Assembly (NCBI GenBank): GCA_004356265.1
Contig: SMXK01000067.1
Span: 1-26,938, forward strand
DNA from: Bacteroidota bacterium
GTDB taxonomy: Bacteria; Bacteroidota; Rhodothermia; Rhodothermales; UBA10348
Length of the DNA stretch: 26,938 nucleotides
Direction: 5' to 3'
Within the stretch, counting starts at the first letter, position 1. Each line of letters starts with the position of its first letter. Below the pieces are notes generated by a model. It was not told the origin of the DNA. It did not search any database and saw only the letters and a program-made list of their open reading frames with translations. A program made the position numbers and the translations under genes. Positions 9,999 to 18,632 of this stretch are shown here, piece after piece.

Positions 9999-12422
9999 AT
10001 GTCATTTCTTTCAAAAATAGGACTTCGGAAGAGATCTGTGAGACCGGTTGGGTCAAACTTGGAAAAAGGGGATGCGTCGACGCGTCGATCCTTCAGGATT
10101 AAGATTGCGATCAAGGCCAGCATCTTGCTCACGCTTGTGGTTGCCAGCATGTTTTCTTTTCGACGGGGGAGCGATTTCGAATACGCTGTTGCTGTCGACG
10201 ATGTCTGGAGATGGGAAGACCTGATCGCACCCTATGATTTTCCTATTCTGAAAACAGACTCTGAAATTCAAGCTGACAAGGAATCTATTCGAGCCTCCAC
10301 GCTGCCCATCTTCAACGTTCCCGCAGATGTGACAGTAGCTTTTCAACAGCGACTGGATTCGCTTTCCAGCGAAATAGAAATGGCACTATCTCTTTGGACC
10401 TCGTCCGAAATCGGTCGATCCAGAGGCCGACTGGTACAGGCGAAATCGGACTCTATAGCCTACCGGGAAGCGCGTGAAATTGTAGCGTTAACATTAACGG
10501 AAGTGCAATGGAGGGATCTTCTTGAGTCATACGCTAACAGTACACCAGGGTATTCGTCCTCTTCCCGCACACGATCCAGTGCGACGCTAAATCAACAGAT
10601 CACAACACTTGTGTGGAATACCGGGACGGCTCTTCTCCGCCGAGGAGTCCTTAACATCTCAAAGGATAGCTTGTACGCTTCCCGGATTATGTCCAGAAAC
10701 CTGGCCGCCCGAAGTCAGACACCGGAAGTTGTGTCCAATCTGATTTCGATCAACACCGCCATGAGTTCGGCAAGGCTTCGATTCGATGGCAATTTCCCTG
10801 TCGACCCCGGCCGTTCGGACATTGCTATGGCCATGTTTGCGCATTCGCTCGTCCCTTCGCATCTCTACGATCGCGCCGCAACTGAGGATTTATGGAATTC
10901 ACAGGAGAGAGCTTTATCTCCAACGAAAAATGTAGTGCGTACGAGCGAAATCATTGCTCGAAAAGGAGATATTGTGACTGAAGCTATTTTGCAAAGACTC
11001 ATTTCTTTAGAAGGAGAGCAAAAAAGGCGAAATCAAAGTGCCATATCCTGGAGTCGTTTTTTCGGCCAGTTGATACTGACTGTATCCACGTACCTGATTT
11101 TTTTCCTCTTTCTGTATTTGCTGCGCAGAGACATATTTATGGATAATAAGATGATGGTACTTATCACCATCTTATTTCTGGCCATCATGGGGTCGTTCGC
11201 ATTTGCACTCCGGTATGCGTTGTTGGATATGTACGTTGTTCCTGTGGCCATCGTTGCCATATTGCTGACAGTGATTTTCGACTCGCGGGTGGGCATATTC
11301 GCGACCCTTACCATGGCGCTTATGGGCAGTCACCTGCTGGACTATGACTTCGCCTATATGTATGCCACGTTATTTGCCTGTACCGTGGGTATTTTCAGCG
11401 TCCGAGATATTCGTAACCGAGGTCAGTTCTTTATCAGCGCCGGTCTGGTTCTGACTGGTTACCTGGCCATCCTGGCAGCCACCTATTTGTTGCAGAATAA
11501 GCCTCTCGACAGACTCACTTACGAGATGATGTTTGTAGCATTTAACTCGGCCTTGCTTCTGATGGCTTATCCACTCTTGTGGGGATTCGAGCGCGTTTTT
11601 AATATCACAACCGACCTTACACTTCTTGAGTTGTCAGATACGAATTCGCCGTTGTTGAAAGAGATGAGCATGAACGCTCCAGGTACGTTTAATCACGTGC
11701 TGCAGGTGGCCAATCTGGCCGAAGCCGCGGCGGCGAGCATTGGCGCAAACGCGCTACTGGCGCGGGTTGGCGCATTGTACCATGATATCGGCAAATCCGG
11801 AAAGTCTGAATATTTTGTTGAGAACCAGGCCGGGATGGATAATCCACATGATCATCTCAGGCCCAGCATGAGTGCGTTGATCATTGCCAACCACGTAAAA
11901 GAAGGACTCGAAGTCGCCCGTAAAAACAGAATTCCGCAGGCCGTTCAGGACTTCATTCCAATGCATCACGGTACGACTCGCATAGAGTACTTTTATCAGC
12001 GGGCTCTTGCGCAGCACCAGCCAAAAGAGCCGGAAGTCCAGGAGTCAGAATTCAGATATCCAGGTCCGAAGCCAAACACGGCAGAGACGGCGATCCTGAT
12101 GCTTGCTGACGCGGTGGAAGCCGCGGCGCGTGCCCTGGATAAACCGTCCCACAAGCGTTTAGAGTCACTGGTCGGGTCCATTTTACAGGCCAAAATGGAT
12201 GACGGTCAGCTCGATGAATGCTCTTTAACGTTTGCAAACCTGAAGAAAATAAAGGCGACTTTTTTGACGGTTCTGATGGGCGTTTATCATGTCAGGGTAA
12301 AATATCCAGGTGATGTTGATCAAGAACGTACTGACGACACGGACGGCAAGAACAATGGAAAGTCCCGAGCAGGAAAATCTAATACGTCAGGAGGGGATTT
12401 GCTGACGGAGGCGCTCAATTGA
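9999..12422 (+). CDS. pgpH: PgpH-like 7TM-HD phosphohydrolase (probable cyclic-di-AMP phosphodiesterase)
   Basis: N-terminal TM, large extracytoplasmic domain (APYDFPI, KGDIVT), 7 TM helices and an HD domain with metal ligands TFNH, YHDIGK, IANH, MHHGT and LADAVEA. Start moved from 9960 to ATG 9999 to avoid overlap with the symporter. Confidence 0.85.
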   Translation: MSFLSKIGLRKRSVRPVGSNLEKGDASTRRSFRIKIAIKASILLTLVVASMFSFRRGSDFEYAVAVDDVWRWEDLIAPYDFPILKTDSEIQADKESIRASTLPIFNVPADVTVAFQQRLDSLSSEIEMALSLWTSSEIGRSRGRLVQAKSDSIAYREAREIVALTLTEVQWRDLLESYANSTPGYSSSSRTRSSATLNQQITTLVWNTGTALLRRGVLNISKDSLYASRIMSRNLAARSQTPEVVSNLISINTAMSSARLRFDGNFPVDPGRSDIAMAMFAHSLVPSHLYDRAATEDLWNSQERALSPTKNVVRTSEIIARKGDIVTEAILQRLISLEGEQKRRNQSAISWSRFFGQLILTVSTYLIFFLFLYLLRRDIFMDNKMMVLITILFLAIMGSFAFALRYALLDMYVVPVAIVAILLTVIFDSRVGIFATLTMALMGSHLLDYDFAYMYATLFACTVGIFSVRDIRNRGQFFISAGLVLTGYLAILAATYLLQNKPLDRLTYEMMFVAFNSALLLMAYPLLWGFERVFNITTDLTLLELSDTNSPLLKEMSMNAPGTFNHVLQVANLAEAAAASIGANALLARVGALYHDIGKSGKSEYFVENQAGMDNPHDHLRPSMSALIIANHVKEGLEVARKNRIPQAVQDFIPMHHGTTRIEYFYQRALAQHQPKEPEVQESEFRYPGPKPNTAETAILMLADAVEAAARALDKPSHKRLESLVGSILQAKMDDGQLDECSLTFANLKKIKATFLTVLMGVYHVRVKYPGDVDQERTDDTDGKNNGKSRAGKSNTSGGDLLTEALN

Positions 12423-13307
12423 CGATTCAGCTACACTGATTTTTATCGGATAGTGCCGAATCGACTTAGGAATTACAGATCTGAGCTGTTTTTCAGCTGC
12501 TTCCGTATACAAAATAAGGTCACATTGTCGCAACAGAGGTGTCACATGTTCATTGCCATTATCTATCGAAACAGCTAACACCTGACCACTGAACCTTGTC
12601 TGATTTCTAAGTTCTGACGTAAGTGGACCGATGGCGTCAGCATATCGGGTTACAATTCCCAGCGTTTCTCGTTCGAGTAGCCTCGAGACATGCCCTAACG
12701 ATCCCGAGTCCAATTCTGTCAGCAGACCGATTACGTCTGCTCGGGGCGCCGTCGCCAGAACACTCCGGACTTCCCTGAAAGGTACCAGGACGAAATCGGC
12801 ATCCGAGTGTTTGACGAGTTTCGGAAGCGTAGTCGGCGTGATGTCCTTCTGAATGAGAGTCGAAAGTTGTTGAGCGCATGATTGCGCCCACTCTCTGTAT
12901 GTCCCAGCCGCGACAATTTTGTATGGATATTCCTCCGTTTCGAGCAGGGACATCTGCTCCTGAATAAGATAGTCGATATCCGCTTCGCTGAGCCCAAGAC
13001 CTATTAATTGTTGCAGAGAATCGCGAACGAGAGCAGCACCCTGTTCCATGCTTTCGGATTTCGCTGGTGGCGCGAATTCCGTAACGACGTACCCGCGGCC
13101 AGCGTGCGCTTTAGCATACCCGTCTCTCTCCAGATTTCGATAAGATTTGCGGACGGTGTGGAAAGAAATATCCAGTTGCTCCGCAAGAGCACGCGTAGAC
13201 GGAAGAATCTCGCCAACCCGGTAGTGTCCGTTCGCTATCAGAAATCGAATCCGGCTCTCGAGCTGCGTATGCAACGGAATCTCTGAATCTCTGTTTATCT
13301 CAATCAT
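12387..13307 (-). CDS. GntR-family transcriptional regulator with an extended alpha/beta C-terminal domain, resembling the PlmA subfamily
   Basis: GntR wHTH (SEIPLHTQL..IRFLI...LPSTRALAEQL.ISFHTVRKSYRNLERDGY...AGRGYVV) followed by about 200 aa of alpha/beta domain. ATG at 13307 chosen over TTG 13310. Confidence 0.88.
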   Translation of the reverse strand: MIEINRDSEIPLHTQLESRIRFLIANGHYRVGEILPSTRALAEQLDISFHTVRKSYRNLERDGYAKAHAGRGYVVTEFAPPAKSESMEQGAALVRDSLQQLIGLGLSEADIDYLIQEQMSLLETEEYPYKIVAAGTYREWAQSCAQQLSTLIQKDITPTTLPKLVKHSDADFVLVPFREVRSVLATAPRADVIGLLTELDSGSLGHVSRLLERETLGIVTRYADAIGPLTSELRNQTRFSGQVLAVSIDNGNEHVTPLLRQCDLILYTEAAEKQLRSVIPKSIRHYPIKISVAESSIERLRQQIPS

Positions 13308-13782
13308 CAAGTTGCTGCTTCATATCTCCCAGCGCTTCCCGGAGATGTTCGATCAGATCCTGTTTCTCCGGCCATTCCGAAAGAAATATTTTATAGAACT
13401 CGTGGCCGAGAGTCAAGCGAATCTGATTTCCATCAGATTGCATGTCGAGAAGCCTGAACCATCGAATTTTTCCGGAAGGTGACGCGGCGGAAACCAGTGA
13501 CCGAATACCGACGTCACCATCTCTGAAATGCATCTCAACCAGTACATCTCTGATGCGGATGTATGTCCATGCTGCGGCTATTGATAATCCTGCCGGAAAT
13601 CCGAAATACAGATACCCGATTACCGATTGCCCCTGTAGAACCGACGATAACCCTAAAATCATAACCGGGATCATACACACACCCAGCGGGAGAGCCATTC
13701 GGGACGAGAAAACATGGGCCCTGGATCTGAACGCCGGATGATGATCCGATCGATATTCAACTATCCTCGTGCCAGTTCTCAT
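13300..13782 (-). CDS. Hypothetical membrane protein (two TM helices + small soluble C-terminal domain)
   Basis: ATG 13782 lies 4 nt after the upstream stop, and its own stop overlaps the GntR start (ATGATTGA). Two hydrophobic stretches. The track's 13881 start overlaps the upstream gene and was not used. Confidence 0.7.
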   Translation of the reverse strand: MRTGTRIVEYRSDHHPAFRSRAHVFSSRMALPLGVCMIPVMILGLSSVLQGQSVIGYLYFGFPAGLSIAAAWTYIRIRDVLVEMHFRDGDVGIRSLVSAASPSGKIRWFRLLDMQSDGNQIRLTLGHEFYKIFLSEWPEKQDLIEHLREALGDMKQQLDD

Positions 13783-13786
13783 AATC

Positions 13787-14806
13787 CTATTTAGACCATT
13801 TTGTACCGAAGGCTCGCGGAATCGGCAAACTTGCAACAGTCGCCAGTCCAGCCGGTCCGGCTGCGACCGACGGAATGCCATTGATCAACGTCGCGACTGT
13901 GGCCGTATCGCCGAAAATACCACCCCGGACAACGAGATCCACTGGTGGGTCCCCTTGTACGAGAACAGCGTCTCTTGGATCTTCTGCACCAACGAACATC
14001 TTCAGATCGAGAGAGATCACGCATGTATCACCGATAAATGCTTTTGCATAGTGGTGAATTCCAGCAACTTGTCCCTCCTCGACGGTCAGAAATGGCGTAA
14101 CAACCTTCTTGGGAGAAATGACGCAGTCGAGCGTTTCATTGAGCCGCTCGATGGGCCAATTTAGCCCGTCAGCGATCAGCTTCACGGATTCAACAAGACC
14201 AATATGCCCGAATTGTCCTGTTGCTTTTTTCTCTTCAAATGCCTCGACAGAGAGGCCGGCTCCAATCTTCAGCTGCAATGGCAATCGTCGGAGACTGGCA
14301 TTTACTTCGCGATTGACCTCAATTGAAGTCACCTCGTTACAAACTCCTGTTGCCATGAGTGCGAGCGCATCCATCGCGTAACCAGGATTTACGCCGGTTC
14401 CCAGCAACGTCACCCCATGTTTTTTTGCCGCCTCGTCGAGGCGCACCGAAATTTCGGGATGTCGGTCGAAGGGGTACGACAACTCTTCCGTTGACGAAAC
14501 AACGTTCGCGCCGTACTCAGCGCATAACAAAAGTTGATCATACATGCTGGCTAGAAAGGACGAGGTCGTATGCACCACGACGTCCGGCCTCGCGTTTTCA
14601 AGAACAGCGCGAGCATCAGAGCCCACAATTACGCCCGTTTTTTGCTCCAGGCCGAGAATTTCAGAGACGTCCTTGCCGACCTTCTCGGGATCAATGTCAA
14701 TGGCGCCTACGAGTTCGATCGATTTATTTTTAGAAAGAACAGTCCGCAAACACGATTGACCGATTGGACCAATTCCGAATTGAACAACTTTAAGCCGGGT
14801 TGACAT
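13787..14806 (-). CDS. NAD(P)-dependent amine dehydrogenase family protein (2,4-diaminopentanoate dehydrogenase-like; often labelled dihydrodipicolinate reductase)
   Basis: Rossmann GIGPIG...AIDID, NVVSSTEELSYP, GTGVNPGY.MD, GHIGLVES and GGIFGDTAT are motifs of the Ord/native amine dehydrogenase family. Confidence 0.8.
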   Translation of the reverse strand: MSTRLKVVQFGIGPIGQSCLRTVLSKNKSIELVGAIDIDPEKVGKDVSEILGLEQKTGVIVGSDARAVLENARPDVVVHTTSSFLASMYDQLLLCAEYGANVVSSTEELSYPFDRHPEISVRLDEAAKKHGVTLLGTGVNPGYAMDALALMATGVCNEVTSIEVNREVNASLRRLPLQLKIGAGLSVEAFEEKKATGQFGHIGLVESVKLIADGLNWPIERLNETLDCVISPKKVVTPFLTVEEGQVAGIHHYAKAFIGDTCVISLDLKMFVGAEDPRDAVLVQGDPPVDLVVRGGIFGDTATVATLINGIPSVAAGPAGLATVASLPIPRAFGTKWSK

Positions 14807-14847
14807 TTATACAGATAACGTAAGACTGATGAAAGCGAAACATGGAT

Positions 14848-14865
14848 TCAGATACTGGTATCTGA
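14848..14865. promoter_or_regulatory. Perfect 8-2-8 inverted repeat TCAGATAC-TG-GTATCTGA spanning the pruA stop codon; function unknown
   Basis: The palindrome is read directly from the sequence; the regulatory role is inferred only. Confidence 0.3.
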
Positions 14866-16497
14866 CGGATCGTTCTCTAGAAACGGGTAACTGAAATGGT
14901 GCGGTGGATCAAAGGTCTCTTTTATCGTACGCGCTGACGTCCACCTGATCAGATTCAGATAGGAACCGGCCTTGTCGTTCGTTCCAGAGGCGCGTGCACC
15001 ACCGAATGGCTGTTGACCGACTACAGCTCCCGAAGGTTTATCGTTGATGTAGAAATTGCCGGCGTTGTCTGTCAGGCGCTTCGTAACAGCCCTGATTACC
15101 TCTCGATCTCTCGCAAATAACGCTCCGGTCAGGGCGAATTTAGATGTTGCATCCAGAATATCTACCGTATCATCGAATTTATTGTCGTCGTACACATGTA
15201 TCGTCACGACCGGCCCGAATATTTCTTCACACATTGACCGGTAAGATGGATCATCGACCAGAATAACTGTCGGTTCGATAAAATACCCTTCTTCATCAGA
15301 GTAATTGCCACCATGAATTATTTCGACGCCCTCCGCCGTCCTGGCGTGATCGATATACCCTGAAATGCTGTCGAAGGCTTTTTTATCTATGACGGCATTG
15401 ACGAAGTGGGAGAAGTCCTCCACGGGACCCATTGTGATTTCTGACAGCTGTGACAACATTTCGTCACGAACAACATTCCACAGTGAGGACGGGATGTAGA
15501 CTCTGGACGCGGCCGAACACTTCTGGCCCTGATATTCAAACGCCCCACGTACAATCGCTGTCGCCAAAGCGACAGGGTCCGCAGACGGATGAGCCATAAT
15601 GAAGTCTTTTCCTCCCGTTTCGCCGACCAGGCGTGGATAAGTTTTGTACGTACCCAGGTTTCTGGCGACTTCAGACCACATGAACTGAAATGTTGGCGTG
15701 GAGCCGGTAAAGTGTAATCCGGTGAAGTCTTTAGAGGCGAAGACATGTTTGCCAACTTCCGATCCACGACCCGGGATGATGTTTATCACTCCGTCGGGAA
15801 GTCCGGCTTCTTCGAGCATTTTGTAGATATACCATGACGACAAATTCGACGTCGATCCTGGCTTCCAGAGCACCGTGTTACCCATCATCGCTGGTGCTGA
15901 ACATAAGTTTCCGGCGATCGACGTGAAATTGAATGGTGTGACAGCAAATACAAATCCTTCGAGAGCTCGATACTGCAGTCGATTCCAGACTCCTGGCGAA
16001 CTTATGGGCTGGTGCGCATAGATTTGCTCCATGAAATGGACGTTGAACCTGAAAAAGTCAATCAGTTCACAGGCAGCGTCGATTTCAGCTTGATGCGGGT
16101 TTTTACTCTGCCCCAGCATGGTGGCCGCATTTATCGTATCTCGCCAGGGTCCGGCGAGCAGGTCAGCTGCTTTGAGAAATATTGCGGCGCGTTCGGTCCA
16201 TGGCATGTGCATCCAGTCGTGCCGGGCTTTCATGGCGGCATCAATTGCTGACTTTAACTCGACTTCACCACACTGGTGGGCCTTTGCCAGTACCCGGGAG
16301 TGTTCGTGTGGCGCTACTACATCAAGGGTCCTGCCCGTTCGGATTTCCTGGCCTCCGATTACGGCCGGAATGTCAATCGTTTCCGAGCGCATCTGAAGAA
16401 GTCGTTTCCTGAGCGAGGCTCTTTCAGGTGATCCTGGTGCGTACGATTTAACCGGTTCATTGACCGGTATTGGAGTCGACGACGTCAAATTATTCAT
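14848..16497 (-). CDS. pruA: L-glutamate gamma-semialdehyde (P5C) dehydrogenase, monofunctional
   Basis: NEPVKSYAPGSPER, QAEIDAACELIDFFRFN, PFNFTSI, ETGGKDF, catalytic GQKCSA, EEIFGPV and QQPFGGARASGTNDKAG. ATG 16497 matches the usual N-terminus. TTG 16641, with a closely spaced AAGGAG, is a less likely alternative. Confidence 0.96.
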   Translation of the reverse strand: MNNLTSSTPIPVNEPVKSYAPGSPERASLRKRLLQMRSETIDIPAVIGGQEIRTGRTLDVVAPHEHSRVLAKAHQCGEVELKSAIDAAMKARHDWMHMPWTERAAIFLKAADLLAGPWRDTINAATMLGQSKNPHQAEIDAACELIDFFRFNVHFMEQIYAHQPISSPGVWNRLQYRALEGFVFAVTPFNFTSIAGNLCSAPAMMGNTVLWKPGSTSNLSSWYIYKMLEEAGLPDGVINIIPGRGSEVGKHVFASKDFTGLHFTGSTPTFQFMWSEVARNLGTYKTYPRLVGETGGKDFIMAHPSADPVALATAIVRGAFEYQGQKCSAASRVYIPSSLWNVVRDEMLSQLSEITMGPVEDFSHFVNAVIDKKAFDSISGYIDHARTAEGVEIIHGGNYSDEEGYFIEPTVILVDDPSYRSMCEEIFGPVVTIHVYDDNKFDDTVDILDATSKFALTGALFARDREVIRAVTKRLTDNAGNFYINDKPSGAVVGQQPFGGARASGTNDKAGSYLNLIRWTSARTIKETFDPPHHFSYPFLENDPSDTSI

Positions 16498-16666
16498 TCG
16501 TGCCCTGAACTTGATTCTTTGTGCCTGAAAAACACAAGTTACGTCAGTAAGAGGGCTTATCGGTTTGTTCGCAGAATCTTCGAGTCTGAATCCTCTAGGA
16601 TCAATTTCACCATGGAAATCGTCTTGTGTGTCCCGGTCCAACCTTCTCCTTTACGATGACTGAAAC

Positions 16667-17911
16667 TTGAATATATCGTTCGAACATTCCATTGCCCTGA
16701 GATACCTGACGGGTGCAGAAAGCCGGTCTGACGGGAAGCGATTTATTCGATTTGTGACGGCCATTTCCATTTCCGGGGTCGCCGTCGGAGTGTGCGCGCT
16801 AATAATTTCCCTTGCAATAGTTCGCGGTTTCGCTTCGGAGATAGAAGCCAAGATCATCGGATTCGGCGCTCAGGTCCAGGTAGAGAGCTTCAGAAACGCA
16901 CCAATTGCCGAGGCCGGTAGAACTCTTCGGATCATAAAACAAAACAGCGATGTCTCCCTGATATCGCCCGTAATTGAAGAGTTTATCCTTCTGCGGGCGG
17001 GCGACGACAGGTCCGACGGCGTCAGTCTCAGTGGGGTGGAGGCCTTACCTGAGTATCTGATGGCGCATCTCACAGAAGGCGGTGCCAATCTGACTGAACT
17101 GGCCCACGGTAATCTGCCCATGGTCGTAGGTAACTCGTTGGCGCGACGGCTCAGCCTGGCGCCGGGAGATCGTGTTCATGCCGTTTCACTTAGAGGGAAC
17201 GGCTCCGACGGTCAGATTTCGGGCATACCGAGGCTTAAACAGTATCAGATCGTTGGTATATATGAGACTTCGCTTGCTGATTTTGACGATACCTATGTGT
17301 ATGCGCCTCTGGAATCTGCCCGAGATTTATTCAGGTACGGCCCCGACGAAGTAACTCGATACGATTTGACGTTAAGTCAGTCGGCAGACCCGATTGAAGT
17401 GGCGGAATCAATTGCCGGTGAATTGGAATTCCCAGTAATGGCTCGGTCCGTATATGAAATCCAACGGAGTCTTTTCTCATGGATCGATTTGCAGAAAGGA
17501 ATCATTCCGCTCGTGATCGGTATTATTGTGATCGTTGCAGCGTTTAATATAATTGGCACACTGCTCATGATCATCCTGGAGAAAACTGCGGAAATTGGTA
17601 TTTTTGCAAGCCTGGGTGCCAGCAGAAAGTCGTTGCAGCGAATATTCTTATATCTCGGGCTCTATATCGCGACCGTTGGAATTGCGGCAGGTGAATTCAT
17701 AGCTCTCGTATTTTCGTGGGCACAATTAAAATATTCGATAATCCCTCTGCCCAAAGAAGCGTATTACATGGACGCGGCTCCTATTGAAATGAGTCCCACC
17801 GACTTTTTTGTCGTGGCACTGATTACTCTAATTTTATGTGGCCTGTCATCGTATCTGCCGGCCAGGTTTGCTGCAAAGGTACAACCGGTTAAGGCCATCC
17901 ATCTTCAATGA
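16667..17911 (+). CDS. LolC/LolE-type (FtsX/MacB-family) ABC transporter permease for lipoprotein release
   Basis: IALRYL, ISISGVAVGVCALIISLAIVRGF, periplasmic domain, IVAAFNIIGTLLMIILEKTAEIGIFASLGAS and YLPARFAAKVQPV. TTG start. Confidence 0.9.
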   Translation: MNISFEHSIALRYLTGAESRSDGKRFIRFVTAISISGVAVGVCALIISLAIVRGFASEIEAKIIGFGAQVQVESFRNAPIAEAGRTLRIIKQNSDVSLISPVIEEFILLRAGDDRSDGVSLSGVEALPEYLMAHLTEGGANLTELAHGNLPMVVGNSLARRLSLAPGDRVHAVSLRGNGSDGQISGIPRLKQYQIVGIYETSLADFDDTYVYAPLESARDLFRYGPDEVTRYDLTLSQSADPIEVAESIAGELEFPVMARSVYEIQRSLFSWIDLQKGIIPLVIGIIVIVAAFNIIGTLLMIILEKTAEIGIFASLGASRKSLQRIFLYLGLYIATVGIAAGEFIALVFSWAQLKYSIIPLPKEAYYMDAAPIEMSPTDFFVVALITLILCGLSSYLPARFAAKVQPVKAIHLQ

Positions 17912-17921
17912 TGACACGCGG

Positions 17922-18173
17922 GTGACTATCAGGATTACATTGTTTGCGATGCTCAAGGAAGAAGCCGGATTGGCGAATTTCGAAATCGATATTGCCGAAG
18001 GCTCAACGGGCGCGGACGTATTGAGAGAAGTCGGAAAGTTGTATCCGGTGCTGTCGGATTATCTGGCGTATGTCAGGCTTGCATCACCAGAAAAATATTT
18101 GCGGACCCGTGACGTTATCGATGCGATTGCTACCCCCGAGTTGTACATCATTCCGCCCGTAAGCGGTGGGTAA
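17922..18173 (+). CDS. moaD: Molybdopterin synthase sulfur-carrier subunit (MoaD/ThiS family)
   Basis: TLFAMLKEEAG N-terminus and IIPPVSGG C-terminal di-glycine. GTG 17922 chosen because the track's start lies inside lolC/E. Confidence 0.88.
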   Translation: MTIRITLFAMLKEEAGLANFEIDIAEGSTGADVLREVGKLYPVLSDYLAYVRLASPEKYLRTRDVIDAIATPELYIIPPVSGG

Positions 18174-18175
18174 TA

Positions 18176-18610
18176 ATGGAGAGTTTAGTCAAAATAACAC
18201 CTGACTCCATCGATTCTGATCGACTTCTTGCCTACCTGACCGAGTCTGAAGGAGGTGCCATTGATATTTTTCTTGGTACGACCAGACGATTTACCGCCGG
18301 TCGAGAGACCGTCTCTCTATCGTATGAGGCAGCCCCGAACCTGGCTGAAAAAGAGATTCAAAAAATCCTGAGCGATGCTGCGCGAAAATGGCCGCTAATC
18401 AGGGCGGCCATTGTTCATAGAACCGGCCTGGTTCCTGTCAACGAAGCTTCTGTATTTATCGGAGTGGCGACGGAGCACCGAAGCGAGGCCTTCAGTGCGT
18501 GTCGATTTTTGATCGATGAGTTGAAAAAAAGGGTCCCTATCTGGAAGCGGGAAAAGTTCTGTGACGGATCCGAAGAGTGGGTACAGGGCGTGACGCCGTC
18601 AGGGGACTGA
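18176..18610 (+). CDS. moaE: Molybdopterin synthase catalytic subunit
   Basis: GAIDIFLGTTR, LSYEA, IVHRTG, HRSEAFSACRFLIDELKKRVPIWKRE; adjacent to moaD. Confidence 0.96.
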   Translation: MESLVKITPDSIDSDRLLAYLTESEGGAIDIFLGTTRRFTAGRETVSLSYEAAPNLAEKEIQKILSDAARKWPLIRAAIVHRTGLVPVNEASVFIGVATEHRSEAFSACRFLIDELKKRVPIWKREKFCDGSEEWVQGVTPSGD

Positions 18611-18614
18611 GAAT

Positions 18615-18629
18615 CGTCGAGCCTCGACG
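18615..18629. terminator. GC-rich inverted repeat between the convergent moaE and purC stops; possible atypical bidirectional terminator
   Basis: CGTCGAG-C-CTCGACG fills most of the 22-bp gap; no U-tract on either strand. Confidence 0.3.
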
Positions 18630-18632
18630 CCT

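Noticed and set aside
14826-14880. Hammerhead-like core CTGATGA-AAGC-GAAAC on the + strand, followed by a hairpin and GTT
   Set aside because: There is no stem II, stem I could form at most about 3 bp, and the segment is antisense to the local genes. It is most likely a chance match; an Rfam covariance search would settle it.
16498-16641. 48-aa N-terminal extension of PruA from TTG 16641
   Set aside because: It has no signal or domain character, the AAGGAG is only 4 nt from the codon, and the family N-terminus fits ATG 16497.
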